DNA of 64,000 nt. It comes from an uncultured delta proteobacterium (GTDB taxonomy: Bacteria; Desulfobacterota; Binatia; Binatales; Binataceae). This document shows positions 17,892 through 30,424 of the stretch, piece by piece. A program made the position numbers and the translations under genes. The notes under the pieces were generated by a model. It saw nothing but the letters and a program-made list of their open reading frames with translations, did not search any database and had not been told where the DNA came from. Numbering within the stretch: the first letter of the stretch is position 1; each line of letters begins with the position of its first letter. The stretch spans positions 377,411 to 441,410 of the forward strand of contig CAWESZ010000013.1 in assembly GCA_963811865.1 (NCBI GenBank), written 5' to 3'.

Positions 17892-18593
17892 TTACTTGTG
17901 CGCCGCGGCCGGGACGGCGTACTCCGGGAACTTGGTCGGCGCCGCCCCGTGGACCATCGTGTAGGCATACTCAACGCCGATTCCGTATGCTCCGTAGTGA
18001 CTCTTCACGATGTCCATGACCGCGTCATACGTGTCGGTCAGGGCCCAATCGCGCTGCCACTCGAGCATCACCGAGAGCGAGGTAACCGGCTTCGCGCCCG
18101 CCTGGATCACCCGCTTCATCGCGTTGTCGTGAGCCAGCTGGCTTACGTCGCCGCAGCAGTCTTCGACCACATAGATCTCGTAGCCGTCGTGGATCGCCTG
18201 CACTGTAGGAAGCGCGACGCAGGTCTCGGTCCACAGTCCGGACAGCACGATCTTTTTCCGCCCGGTCTTCTCGACCGCCGCGACGAAGTTCTTGTCGTCC
18301 CAGGAATTCATCGAGGAACGCTCGATTGGCGACTGCCCCGGAAAGACGGCCTGGATTTGCGGCCACATGTTGCCGCTGAAGCTCTTGCTCTCGACCGTGG
18401 TCAAGATGACCGGGACGCCGAATACCCTCGCCGCCTTGGCGAGCGCGACATTGAAATTGATGATCGATTGGCGATCGAAATTCGACACCCCGAAAAGCAT
18501 CTGGGGCTGCAGATCGATCAGAGCTACGACGCAGTTGTCCGGTGTAAGCAGGCCTTTCTCGCTGCGTTTGGCAAGACCGCTGGTCTGAGACAT
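17892..18593 (-). CDS. isochorismatase-family hydrolase (YcaC-like)
   Basis: Internal ATG 18593. ALIDLQPQM, VPVILTT, and LSGLWTETCV (catalytic Cys context). Confidence 0.85.
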   Translation of the reverse strand: MSQTSGLAKRSEKGLLTPDNCVVALIDLQPQMLFGVSNFDRQSIINFNVALAKAARVFGVPVILTTVESKSFSGNMWPQIQAVFPGQSPIERSSMNSWDDKNFVAAVEKTGRKKIVLSGLWTETCVALPTVQAIHDGYEIYVVEDCCGDVSQLAHDNAMKRVIQAGAKPVTSLSVMLEWQRDWALTDTYDAVMDIVKSHYGAYGIGVEYAYTMVHGAAPTKFPEYAVPAAAHK

Positions 18594-18826
18594 GACTTCC
18601 TCCGTTTCGAGTGAGCTGACGAATGCACGGGCCTTCTGCAAGCTCCGTTCCCAATGGACGTTCGCGTGATTTTCCACGGTGCGTCGAGGTTTCAGCAGAA
18701 AAAGTCGATCACTGCGCGCTCGCGAATTTTCGCGAATTCGTGAAGAGTCGCGACTCGGCCCCGTTCGTTATCGTCGCGATGCCGCGATTTTCGCCGTGCT
18801 CGCCTTGTTTACGCAGCGCGGCGCTC

Positions 18827-18842
18827 TGGCACGTCCCTCGCA
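18827..18842 (+). promoter_or_regulatory. candidate sigma-54 (-24/-12) promoter TGGCAC-GTCCC-TCGCA
   Basis: GG and GC are separated by exactly 10 nt. The site lies 25 nt upstream of the STAS gene ATG (18867). The direct/near-palindromic repeat TCGCGAATTTTCGCGAATTCG at 18718-18745 is in a UAS-like position. A sigma-54 activator gene is adjacent. Confidence 0.5.
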
Positions 18843-19062
18843 AAGCAGGGCCGTCAGTCAAAACCGATGCTCAAGATCGTAAGGTCCACGAATCGCGATG
18901 CAGTCGTCTTCTCTCTCAGCGGCCGTATCGACCTGGAGCACACCGCACTGTTGCAGGCGGCGTTCGATGCAGAGACTTTCGCCATCATGGTGGACATGCG
19001 AGAGGTGAGGCGCGTCGACCGAGAGGTCGTGCCGACTCTCGCGCGCTGGAACTCCGAGGGTA

Positions 19063-20871
<1,809 letters not shown>

Positions 20872-21017
20872 CTCGGCGAAACCTTCCCGACGATAGCGTG
20901 CTTGGCGCTCAGGTGCGAGGATTTGTCGGCATGGCGCGTGGCGGATCGACAAACGCCACGGGCTCCTGATAAGCAGCGAATCATCCGTGAAACTCTCGCC
21001 GACCCGGAGGATATGCG

Positions 21018-21846
21018 ATGCCCTACGACGGTTATCAGTGCTTGAAGACCCGTGTCGATCACGGCGTGGTGTGGGTCACTATCGATCATCCGCCGATCAA
21101 CCTCCTCGATCTTCAGCTTATCCAGGAACTCGACCGCATCGGCCGCGAACTCGAGGCCGACGGCGACGCGCGAGTCGCGGTGTTCCAAAGCGCGAATCCG
21201 GAGTTTTTTATCGCCCATGCCGACGTGAACCTGATCCTGCGGCTTCCGGAACAGGCCCCGCCCAGAGGGAAAGCGCTGGGGCCGTTTCACCAGATGGTCG
21301 AGCGGTTTCGCACGATGCCCCGGGCCACGATCGGAAAGATCGAGGGACGCGCGCGCGGCGGCGGCAGCGAGTTCCTGCTTGCGCTCGACATGCGCTTCGC
21401 CGCTCTGAGCAAAGCCGTCCTCAGCCAGCCTGAAGTCGCACTCGGCATCATCCCTGGCGGCGGCGGCACGCAGCGCCTGACGCGCGTGATGGGCCGGGGC
21501 CGCGCGCTCGAAGTAGTCCTCGGCGCGGAGGATTTTCCGGCGGATCTGGCCGAGCGCTACGGTTACGTCAATCGTGCGCTAAGGCCCGAAGATACTCGGC
21601 GCGTTTGTCGAGCGCCTCGCGTATCGGATCGCCTCGTTCCCGGCCGACGCGATCGCCTTGGCCAAGGAGGCGCTAATCGCCGGCGAACCTCCGACGGTCG
21701 AAGGCTTGATTGACGAGGAGCACTGCTTCATGCGCTCGGCCGCGACTATAGAGGCGCGCCATCGCATGAAGCAGTTCCTCGAAAGAGGCGGGCAAACGCG
21801 CGAGGCTGAGTTGCGGCTCGACGACGTAACCTCGAAACTCGGTTAG
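21018..21846 (+). CDS. enoyl-CoA hydratase/isomerase (crotonase) family, apparent frameshift near 21580
   Basis: VVWVTIDHPPINLLD...GRARGGGSEFLLALDMRFA in ORF 21018..21713. The C-terminus ILGAFVERLAYRIASFPADAIALAKEAL... continues in the frame of ORF 21658..21846. Confidence 0.8.
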
Positions 21847-21867
21847 GTGCACGGAGGAGGGAACGAT

Positions 21868-22362
21868 ATGGAAGATAAACTTCAACTCCTGCTCAATCGG
21901 GCCGAGATCAGCGACGTTCAACTGCGCTACGCAACCGGCCTCGATATGCGCGACTGGGCGACTTTCCGGTCCTGCTTCGCCGACGAGATCGAGGTGGACT
22001 TCACTTCCGTGTTCGGCGGAAGTCCGCGCAAAGTCAGCGCCGACCGCTGGACCGAGGCGGCCCGCCGCACGGTCGGCGGCCTCGCCGCCACGCAGCACAT
22101 GATCACCAATCACGTAATCACGGTCGATCGCGATGAGGCGACGTGCGTCGCTTACGTGCAGGCCCAGCACTACCTGCCGAACGACAAAGGCGACAGTACC
22201 CAGACGATGGGCGGCTACTACACCAATCGATTAGTGCGCACTCCGCACGGCTGGAGGATTCGGGCCTGCAAGCTCACCCTAACCTGGACGACGGGCAACT
22301 GGCACATTTTCGAACTCGCGCGTCAGCGCGTGAACAGCGCCGAAGGCAAAGCCCGAACCTAA
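21868..22362 (+). CDS. SnoaL-like / NTF2-fold protein
   Basis: ATG after GGAGGG. EISDVQLRYATGLDMRDWATFRSCFADEIEVDF...HMITNHVITVDRDEA is typical of the SnoaL_4 pattern. Confidence 0.7.
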   Translation: MEDKLQLLLNRAEISDVQLRYATGLDMRDWATFRSCFADEIEVDFTSVFGGSPRKVSADRWTEAARRTVGGLAATQHMITNHVITVDRDEATCVAYVQAQHYLPNDKGDSTQTMGGYYTNRLVRTPHGWRIRACKLTLTWTTGNWHIFELARQRVNSAEGKART

Positions 22363-22400
22363 CGCGCCGTTCGCCGCAGCTCAGCAGCCGACTTGGGTAT

Positions 22401-23834
22401 TCATCGCGCCGCGCGGCGCTCGAGTACCGTTCCCCCTAGAATCACGTGCGTAATCATCCCGAGGTCGCTGATGCGTGAAACCGGGTCGCCGGCCACGAGC
22501 ACGAGGTCAGCGCGTTTGCCGACCGCGATCTCACCGAAGTCCGCATCTTCACCGGCCAGGAAGCGGGCGTTATCCCACGTCGCGGTACGCAGGGCTTCGG
22601 CCGGCGTCAGACCCGCCTCGACCAGCTTCACCAGCTCGAGATGAAGTCCGGCGCCGGGTAGATCGAACGGGTTGCACGCGTCGCTGCCGGCCAGAATCGG
22701 AATCCCGGCGGCGCGCAGTTTCACGACGTTGCGGCGCCGCGCGTCGTGAGCGGCCGTAGCGGCCCGCATGAAAGCGGCCGTCATCTCATCGAGCGGCGGC
22801 GGAGGTTCGAGAAATTCGGCGATGAGTTTGGGCCCCGCGACCTCCAGCTCAATCGGCAGAAAATCCGCGCGGCTGGTTCGCGGGGTTCCCGCAACATCCC
22901 AGACCGCGAGCGTGATTACGACCGGCACGTGAGCTGCCTTGATCGTGGCCACCGCCTCGTCGGAGATGTCCTCGCGCCACGGCGAATGAGCCAGCGCATC
23001 GACGCCGCCCTTGACCGCGTCAATCGCCTCGGCCGAACTCCCGATATGCGCGATCGATCTGACGCCCGCCCGGTGGCCGGCCTCGGTGATAGCCGCAATC
23101 ATATTCCGGTCGAGTCGTGGAACATCGCCGTCGCCGCCGGCGTCGAGCGCGAGTTTGATCACGTCCGGCCGCTCGGGGAGCAGGTCGCTGACCGCGCGCC
23201 GCGCCTCGTCCGGGGTGGACACCTCGCGGGTCGCGCGGGGCACGACGTACCATCGAAGGTAGAAGGGCAGGGCGTCACGCAGAACCTCGGCCGGATGGCC
23301 GCCGGGAACGGTGAAAATCGGACCCGCGGCATAAATCTGCGGCCCCAGGAGTTCGCCCTTCGCCACGCGCTCGCGTTCACGGAAGATCGCGGGGCTCATC
23401 CCGCCAAGGTCGAGCACCGTAGTCACGCCGGCATAAAGAAAGGCCGCGAGGTTCGCATCCACGTCGGGCAACGACACCTTCCAGGGCGGATCGGATGCCG
23501 CCGAGGTATGCGTGTGAACGTCGACCAGCCCGGGCAGCAGCGTTTCACCGTGGCCATCGACTTCGAGCATCCCGGACGCCGCCGCTCCGGGCAGTCCGAT
23601 AGCTTCGATACGACCGTTTTGCACCACCACGTCGCGCAGGCCCTCAAGCAGTATGGCGTTGGGCGCGTCGAATACGCGGACGTTGCGGAGGACCAGCGAT
23701 CGTGACCCTTGCGCTGGACGCGACACGAGCGGCGCCTCGCGCATACAAGCCGATGCGGCACTCAAAACGATGACCAGCGCAATCGCACCCACATTCGCGC
23801 TTCTGATCACGCCAGCTCGCGTATACGCTGCCAA
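22401..23834 (-). CDS. amidohydrolase family protein, exported
   Basis: 477-aa ORF with an N-terminal hydrophobic signal, PGLVDVHTHT metal motif and SIAHIGS. Confidence 0.85.
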   Translation of the reverse strand: MAAYTRAGVIRSANVGAIALVIVLSAASACMREAPLVSRPAQGSRSLVLRNVRVFDAPNAILLEGLRDVVVQNGRIEAIGLPGAAASGMLEVDGHGETLLPGLVDVHTHTSAASDPPWKVSLPDVDANLAAFLYAGVTTVLDLGGMSPAIFRERERVAKGELLGPQIYAAGPIFTVPGGHPAEVLRDALPFYLRWYVVPRATREVSTPDEARRAVSDLLPERPDVIKLALDAGGDGDVPRLDRNMIAAITEAGHRAGVRSIAHIGSSAEAIDAVKGGVDALAHSPWREDISDEAVATIKAAHVPVVITLAVWDVAGTPRTSRADFLPIELEVAGPKLIAEFLEPPPPLDEMTAAFMRAATAAHDARRRNVVKLRAAGIPILAGSDACNPFDLPGAGLHLELVKLVEAGLTPAEALRTATWDNARFLAGEDADFGEIAVGKRADLVLVAGDPVSRISDLGMITHVILGGTVLERRAAR

Positions 23835-23862
23835 TTCGAGTCTCCTGTTTTCATCTCAACGA

Positions 23863-24480
23863 TCAGATCTCTCTCAGCGCGTCGATGAACCTGATCATTG
23901 CCTCGATCGCCGCCGCCAGATTCTGCGCTTCGGTACGGCCCGAGCTGGCTCGCGGCTTGAACGAATGGTCACCGTCCTCGATCCAGACGATCCGAATTTT
24001 CGCCGCTAGACTGTATCCGGCGACCTCGTCGGGGCGGCCAAACGAGTCGCGCGTGCCCTGCAGGATCAGCGCGGGCGTGCGAAGCGTCTCCAGATGCTTC
24101 ACGCGGGTGCGGGTCGGATCGCCCGCAGGATGAAACGGATACCCGAGGCAGATCAGCCCGGCCGCGCCGACTTCGTCGGCAATCATGCTCGCGATGCGCC
24201 CGCCCATCGATTTTCCGCCGACTACCAGGGCTGTGGCCTTCCCGACCTTGGCCACAACGTCGCGCCACGCTTGCATCAGAACCGCCTCGCGATCAGGCGC
24301 GCGCCGTTTGCCGATGGTCCGACGCTCAGCCATATAAGGAAATTCGAAGCGCACGACTCGCAGCCCCTTTCGCGCGACGCCTCCAGCGATCGCGTTCATA
24401 AAGGGATGGTCCATCGGAGCGCCGGCCCCGTGCGCAAGCACCAGCGTAACGGGCGCGTCCTTAGCGCCGTTCACGATCAT
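23863..24480 (-). CDS. alpha/beta-fold hydrolase (dienelactone-hydrolase-like)
   Basis: Internal ATG 24480. LVLAHGAGAPMDHPFM, nucleophile elbow GGKSMGGR, and DGDHSF. Confidence 0.75.
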   Translation of the reverse strand: MIVNGAKDAPVTLVLAHGAGAPMDHPFMNAIAGGVARKGLRVVRFEFPYMAERRTIGKRRAPDREAVLMQAWRDVVAKVGKATALVVGGKSMGGRIASMIADEVGAAGLICLGYPFHPAGDPTRTRVKHLETLRTPALILQGTRDSFGRPDEVAGYSLAAKIRIVWIEDGDHSFKPRASSGRTEAQNLAAAIEAMIRFIDALREI

Positions 24481-24621
24481 CGACGCATCGCCGCCCCCGC
24501 GCGATGAACTACCCTTTGCCCTCATTTCCGCGTCTCAATGACGTGCCTACTCATTAGAACTAAATCGCTCCGAAAACATACTGAAGGCGCGAGACTCGCT
24601 GAAACGCTTTCCTTGACGACT

Positions 24622-25653
24622 TCAGTGTTTCGGCCTGGACTGCGCCGGCGCGGCTGACGCCTTTGCCAACGCCTTGCTGAAGTCCGGCATGAATACTATC
24701 AGGCCGTATGAAGGGGTGTTCCGAACGAAGCCAGCAACCAACTGTACGTTATACCGGTCGATGTAGAACTCAAACGGACCGCTCGGATCGATGTCCACGA
24801 TCTCCAGATCGGCGTCCCGCATCGTGAGCTTGCCGAAGGCCACCATGCCGCCGCGCAGATATATGAAATTATCAGCCTTTACGGGCAACGGCGGCGGCGT
24901 TGGCGTATTCCTCCCGAAGACCAAATTAAGCCGGTCCCCAGCGATCCGCACCGCGGTCACGCGCCCGCGAATTTGCGGCGCAATAGGGATCCGATTCACG
25001 TCGAGGAGCAGATCGTTGCCCTGGATATCCACGCCCCGGTCGCGATGGAGCGCGAGGATGCCTTGAACTTTGACTCCCAACAGATCGAGCAAGCCTTTGA
25101 CCGGCAGATCCGCCGCGCGGATCGCGGTGATTCCAAAACGGATTGTTCCGTCAGCGTCGACCGACATGTTCCCCTTCATGTGCACCGGGATTCCGATGCC
25201 TTTGTGGACCACGGCGTTCAGCGCAATGGTCCCGTGGTCAAAGGCGATTTTCACATCGGTGATCGGCGCGCCCGGATAGGCGAAGACGTAGTCGTTCAGC
25301 AGGTCCGCGAGATTAGCTGATGAAAGCGCCAACTTGGCCGCGTCGATCGAGATCAGCAGCGAGTGTTTGTCATCGAAGGTGGGCAGCCTGGAAGGCTCGG
25401 CGCCAAGCAATTGCCCGCGCAGGGTTTCGATATGGAAGACAATCCGCGGATCGATCCGCAGATCGACGTGTCGCATCGCAATGCTGGTCGGGGCGGCAAC
25501 CTCGGTTTTCGTCCCACCAATCGCATTCGTGATGGGTCCAGAACCGATGGCCAGCGCCAGCCCGAGCCAAGCAACTATTGAGTGACTGCGCGACAAGGTC
25601 TTGGTACTTGTGATTGCAGTACCCGATCTAGGGCTGCTGAACGCAGGTCGCAA
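24622..25653 (-). CDS. hypothetical exported protein
   Basis: 343-aa ORF with an N-terminal hydrophobic segment. No motif recognised. Confidence 0.5.
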   Translation of the reverse strand: MRPAFSSPRSGTAITSTKTLSRSHSIVAWLGLALAIGSGPITNAIGGTKTEVAAPTSIAMRHVDLRIDPRIVFHIETLRGQLLGAEPSRLPTFDDKHSLLISIDAAKLALSSANLADLLNDYVFAYPGAPITDVKIAFDHGTIALNAVVHKGIGIPVHMKGNMSVDADGTIRFGITAIRAADLPVKGLLDLLGVKVQGILALHRDRGVDIQGNDLLLDVNRIPIAPQIRGRVTAVRIAGDRLNLVFGRNTPTPPPLPVKADNFIYLRGGMVAFGKLTMRDADLEIVDIDPSGPFEFYIDRYNVQLVAGFVRNTPSYGLIVFMPDFSKALAKASAAPAQSRPKH

Positions 25654-26065
25654 TCTCGGTCTGAGATATATCGGTGTCGACCGGGCTCAGGTGCGGATGC
25701 CCGGTCAGAACGCCCCACCCAATCTCTTCCCGGATGTAGTACTCTTCGGCGTGAGCGTGAATTTCTACCTCGTCGGCAGCCTCCTCGTTCTCCACACTGC
25801 ATACGACCTTCCCGGGCGCGACGACGAAGGCATGGTATCCACCCGGACCAATCCGCGCGCTTTCGTCCCCGCACGTGACCGACGGACGCAAGAGCGAACC
25901 CGCATAGCTGTACGGCCGGTATACGTAGATCACGGCGTCGTGCGTAGATGCTGACGAGCGGACTTTTTCAAACGGTGGGCCCTGGACGGCGCATCCCGAA
26001 ATCAGGAATCCAGCCGTCAAGACAAGAGCGCCGCAAAGCCGGTCGGTCGCGAATCGGCGCTTCAC
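25628..26065 (-). CDS. lipoprotein (DUF2846-like)
   Basis: Lipobox LISGC. VIYVYRPYS...GPGGYHAFVVAPGKV resembles DUF2846. Confidence 0.55.
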   Translation of the reverse strand: MKRRFATDRLCGALVLTAGFLISGCAVQGPPFEKVRSSASTHDAVIYVYRPYSYAGSLLRPSVTCGDESARIGPGGYHAFVVAPGKVVCSVENEEAADEVEIHAHAEEYYIREEIGWGVLTGHPHLSPVDTDISQTEIATCVQQP

Positions 26066-26643
26066 TTTCCGCCCGGCGCAGGCGAAGCCTTGGCGACCGC
26101 AACGATGGCCGCCAGGCGATCCAGGTCTGCGTGCAGTTGCTGATCGATTTTCTCCCGCACCTCGGCGCGCGCGGCTTGCTCCACTTCCCGATGAGTCGGT
26201 CCGGAGTACAAGTTGTACGATTTCGACACGTGCGCCTTCGCCGTATAGTCACCCAGCACCTTGTCGCCCTCGAAGATCGACAATGACGCGAACGCGGTCA
26301 CGTCAATATCGCCGAGCGGCGCTCCTACATAGGTAACGGGATCGATCGCCGAGAACAGCAGCGGAATGTGATAGTCGTCGTGGGCCAGCTCCTCCCGATA
26401 GTGAAAGGTCACGGGCGAAGTATCGGACAGCGACTTTGCCACCGCCGGCGGAAGCTCGTCCGCGTCGCCCTCAGCGAGCCGGCCCTTGAATGGCATTGAC
26501 CACGCCGCGGTTGCCTGCGCCTCGGTTGCCTGCGCGCGCGGCGCCACGGCGGCCTGCGGCGCCACGGCCGCTTGCTGAACGCTGCACGAGGCGCCGGCAA
26601 TCGCGGCGAGCAACGCCGCCATAGCGAGTGGGCATTTCCTCAC
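26062..26643 (-). CDS. hypothetical lipoprotein with an Ala/Gln/Pro-rich linker
   Basis: Signal sequence plus Cys (IAGASC). Short DNA tandem duplications encode AVAPQAAVAPRAQATEAQATAA. ATGA overlap with the next gene. Confidence 0.5.
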   Translation of the reverse strand: MRKCPLAMAALLAAIAGASCSVQQAAVAPQAAVAPRAQATEAQATAAWSMPFKGRLAEGDADELPPAVAKSLSDTSPVTFHYREELAHDDYHIPLLFSAIDPVTYVGAPLGDIDVTAFASLSIFEGDKVLGDYTAKAHVSKSYNLYSGPTHREVEQAARAEVREKIDQQLHADLDRLAAIVAVAKASPAPGGK

Positions 26644-26775
26644 GATCGGAACTATAGCAAAGCCTCAGCCGCATCCGGCAGGGCTTGAAGCAACTCGGCG
26701 CGGGCTCGATCGGCCGGCCGTTACTCTCCCGAGCCGATCCAATGTATGTAAGTCTATCACGCGGAGGTTCTGCTT

Positions 26776-27729
26776 ATGTCCGAGCTTCAGCATCGATTCG
26801 TCAAAACCAACGGAATCCGGATGCACTATGTCGAGGCCGGCTCCGGCCCGCTGGTAGTCCTGTGCCATGGCTTCCCGGAGTCGTGGTACTCGTGGCGCCA
26901 TCAGATTCCCGCGCTCGCGCACGCCGGCTACCATGTCGTTGCGCCTGATATGCGCGGGTACGGACAGAGTGATCGTCCCGAGCCCGTCGAGGCTTACGAC
27001 ATTTTTCAGCTCACCGGCGATATCGTCGGGCTGGTGAACGCGCTGAATGAGAAACCTGCCGTCATAGTGGGGCATGATTGGGGTGCATGGATTACCCCAT
27101 ACGCCGCGCTGTTTCGTCCCGATCTGTTCCGAGCGGTCGGGTTGCTGAGCGTTCCGTACTTTCCACGTTCGAGCGTGAGTCCGAGCGAATGGGAGCGGCA
27201 GAAATATCCCGGCAAGATTTTCTACCAGGCGATGTTCAGATCTCCCGGCGCCGAGAGCTTTTTCCAGGCGGACGTCAGAGGCGGTCTGCTCAACGGCCTG
27301 TACGCCGCCTCGGGAGACGCGGCTGGAAACGAACGATGGAATCCGGTGATCGATCCGAGCGCGCCGCCGCGGGCGCCGGCGGTGCCGAACAAGCTGCCGC
27401 CCTGGCTCACGGAACCAGACCTGGATTTCCTGACGGGCGAATTCAAACGGACCGGCTTTAGGGGTGGTCTCAATTACTATCGGAACGTCGATCGCAACTG
27501 GGCGCTCACGCCATTTCTCGATGGTGCGAAGCTCCTGCAACCGACAATTTTCATCGCCGGCGACCGGGACGCAGTGATCGAATTCTGGGGCGAGGAATTC
27601 AATGCTCTGGAAGCCAACGTTCCTAATCTGAGGAAGAAGGCGGTGCTTGCAGGCGCCGGCCACTGGACGCAGCAGGAGCGCCCGAAGGAAGTGAATGATC
27701 TGCTGATCGAGTTTTTGAAGGGGCTCTAG
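26776..27729 (+). CDS. epoxide-hydrolase-type alpha/beta hydrolase
   Basis: HGFPESWYSWRHQIPALA, MRGYGQSD, VGHDWGA, GAGHWTQQERP. Confidence 0.88.
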   Translation: MSELQHRFVKTNGIRMHYVEAGSGPLVVLCHGFPESWYSWRHQIPALAHAGYHVVAPDMRGYGQSDRPEPVEAYDIFQLTGDIVGLVNALNEKPAVIVGHDWGAWITPYAALFRPDLFRAVGLLSVPYFPRSSVSPSEWERQKYPGKIFYQAMFRSPGAESFFQADVRGGLLNGLYAASGDAAGNERWNPVIDPSAPPRAPAVPNKLPPWLTEPDLDFLTGEFKRTGFRGGLNYYRNVDRNWALTPFLDGAKLLQPTIFIAGDRDAVIEFWGEEFNALEANVPNLRKKAVLAGAGHWTQQERPKEVNDLLIEFLKGL

Positions 27730-27813
27730 TCGTCGCCGAAGGGGTAGGGCGCGCGGCAGCGTCGAATCGTTCGTCGGGTCCGCAGAAACCTTCGTCGGGG
27801 AGGCGAACGGGAA

Positions 27814-29155
27814 TCAGGCCGGCTTGGGACCCGGCAGCCGAAGCGCAGTCGCTAGCGCCAAAAGCGCGGCCACGGTCATCAGACCAAATGCGAGCGTGAA
27901 TCCTCCGTCCGCCGATGCAGCCCGGGCGACGATGGCGCCCACGATGCCCGCGCCGAGCGCGACGCCGACGACATTCGCCAACTGCATCGCCGCCGACGCG
28001 GCGCCTTCGCCTCCTTTCGGCGCTTGCTCGAGCACCGTCAGGGTGATGGTCGCGTATGCGATGCCCATGCCGAGGCCGGCGACACCCCAGGCGATCCACG
28101 CCGTCACGATGGGGGTCGTCTCGCGCACCACCGACGCCATCATGGCGACACCGGCCGCGATCAGCACTGCACCGGCCGCGACTAGAGCGCGGCGGCTGCG
28201 CGACTTGGCGAGTCGCGCCTGGACCCACGCGCCGGCCGTCCAGGTGAGTGTCGCTGCCGTCAGCGCCAAGCCGGCGACGGACAAGGACTGATGGCGACGC
28301 GAGGTGATAAGGAGCGGGACCACTGTCTCGGCTCCGAAGAATGCGACGCTAACGAGTCCCATCGCGAGAATCGCGGCCGGCAGACCTGGGCGTACCGTGA
28401 GCGTTCCCGCCGGCATCAGGCGTTGCAGCCCGTACACCGAAGCTGCCGCTCCCGCAATCAGATATCCGAGTATCAGCAGGAGTTGATGGCTCTGGAGTCC
28501 CATCAGGATCGCGACGACCCCGGCCGCCAGCAGGACGGCGGCTCCGAGCTGGCTTTTGATCGGAGCCGCCTGATCTGCACGAGGCAGGCGCCGCAGGATC
28601 GGGAGCGTGAGTATCGCGACCACTGGGAGCGGGGGCAGCAGACCGAAAAATACCAGCCGCCAGCCGAGATGGTCGGCGACCAGTCCACTGAGCGCCGGAC
28701 CGATCAGCCCCGGCACCACCCACGCCGTTGAAATCATCGCGAGCATCCGGGGCTGCTGCTCGTTCGGGTAGGCGCGCGCCACGCACGCATACACCACGGC
28801 CGAGAGCGCACCGCCGCCGAGCCCCTGGACAACCCGTGCCGCGATCAGCACTGCCATCGAGGGCGCGGCGCCACCTATCGCCAGTCCCAGACCGAAAAGC
28901 GCGAGGCCAACACCGAACGAGCCTAGGGGACCGTCGCAATCGGTGCGTTGGCCCGCCGCGGTGATGCCGACTACGTTGGCAAGCATGAATGCGCTGAACA
29001 CCCATCCATATGCTTTGAGGCCGCCGAGACTCGCGCGCGACCTCAGGCATCACGGTCGGGACCGCCAGAGCCTCGAAGGCGATCGACGCGACGGTGAGAA
29101 CCAGCCCGGCGGTGAGCGCGCTCCGTTTCGAGTCCTGCGCCGGTATCACATCCAC
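27814..29155 (-). CDS. MFS transporter, apparent frameshift near 29035
   Basis: 395-aa ORF 27814..29001 with many TM segments. The N-terminal 40 aa (VDVIPAQDSKRSALTAGLVLTVASIAFEALAVPTVMPEVAR) sit in the frame of ORF 28349..29155. Confidence 0.8.
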
Positions 29156-29327
29156 CGCCCTTGATGCAGGTCACGATGACGCCCATCGCGATGGTTGCAA
29201 CGCAGGCTGCGGGGCAGTACGAGGGAAATGACGAGCCCCTTTCGAATTCATTTTGCCGCGTGCGCATGCAATTGGAAACTGACCGGCGCTGGATGCTCCA
29301 GAGCTTCATCGCAAAGAGAACGCTCAA

Positions 29328-30343
29328 TTGAAACTCTCCGTAATCGATCAGTCTCCCGTGTCTTCCGGCTCTACCCCGGCGGACGCGCTCCGCAACACGA
29401 TCGAGTTGGCGCGCCTGGCGGACCAGTTGGGCTACGAACGCTACTGGATCGCGGAGCATCACGCGATGGAAACGCTGGCCAGCCCGTCGCCGGAAATACT
29501 TGTCAGCCGGATCGGCGCCGAAACTTCGGCGATCCGCATCGGCTCCGGCGGCGTGATGTTACCCCATTACAGTCCGATGAAGGTTGCCGAAAGCTTCCGC
29601 ATGCTCCACGCGTTGTATCCAAATCGGATCGATCTGGGTATCGGCAGAGCGCCGGGCGGAGCTCGCTCGAGACCTTCGCCCTGATGCGCGATCGCAGCCG
29701 GCGCGAACTCGCCGACGATTTTCCGCAACAGTTGATGGAGTTGATGGCGTTCCTGAACCAGACCTTTCCCGCCGACCATCCCTTCAGCCGGATCAAGCTT
29801 TCGCCGGACATGCCCGGCGGACCCGACGTGTGGCTGCTCGGCTCCACGCTGTGGAGTGCGGCGGCGGCCGCACAGATCGGGTTGCCCTACGCGTTCGCGC
29901 ACTTCATCGATCAGCGTCCGACCCGCTCGGCGCTTGAATATTACCGGTCGCACTTCACGCCGTCCGACGATCTTTCCGAGCCGCGCGCACTTGTCGCGCT
30001 GGGCGCGATCGTCGCGGACAGCAGCGCCGAAGCCGAACGCTTGTCGGCGAGTTCGCGGTTGCTGATCCGCCGGATCAGACAAGGCGATCGCCGCCCGGTG
30101 CCGACGCCCGAAGAGGCGCAACGCGAGTTGGGTCCGGAGCCCGATCCGGTCGCTGCGGACAGCGAGTTCCCGCGTTACTTCGTCGGTGAGCCTCACGATG
30201 TCCGCGACAAACTGCTCGATATGGCCAGCGTACTTTGCGTCGACGAGCTTATGATCGTCACGATTGTGCACGACCATCAGGCGCGTTTGCGCTCCTATCA
30301 GCTTCTGGCCGAAGCCTTTGATCTCAAGCCGCGGCAGCGCTAG
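29328..30343 (+). CDS. LLM-class flavin-dependent oxidoreductase (luciferase-like), apparent frameshift near 29655
   Basis: MKLSVIDQSPV...YERYWIAEHHAM...GSGGVMLPHYSPMKVAE (ORF 29328..29684), continued by SLETFALMRD...VDELMIVTIVHD in the ORF 29195..30343 frame. Confidence 0.85.
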
Positions 30344-30424
30344 AACGTCACCTCGATCCAACGAGAGGTCCGGAAAGGTTGGCGGGTTTGCCTGCGCCTG
30401 GATGATGCGCGTAGAGAAGATGCC

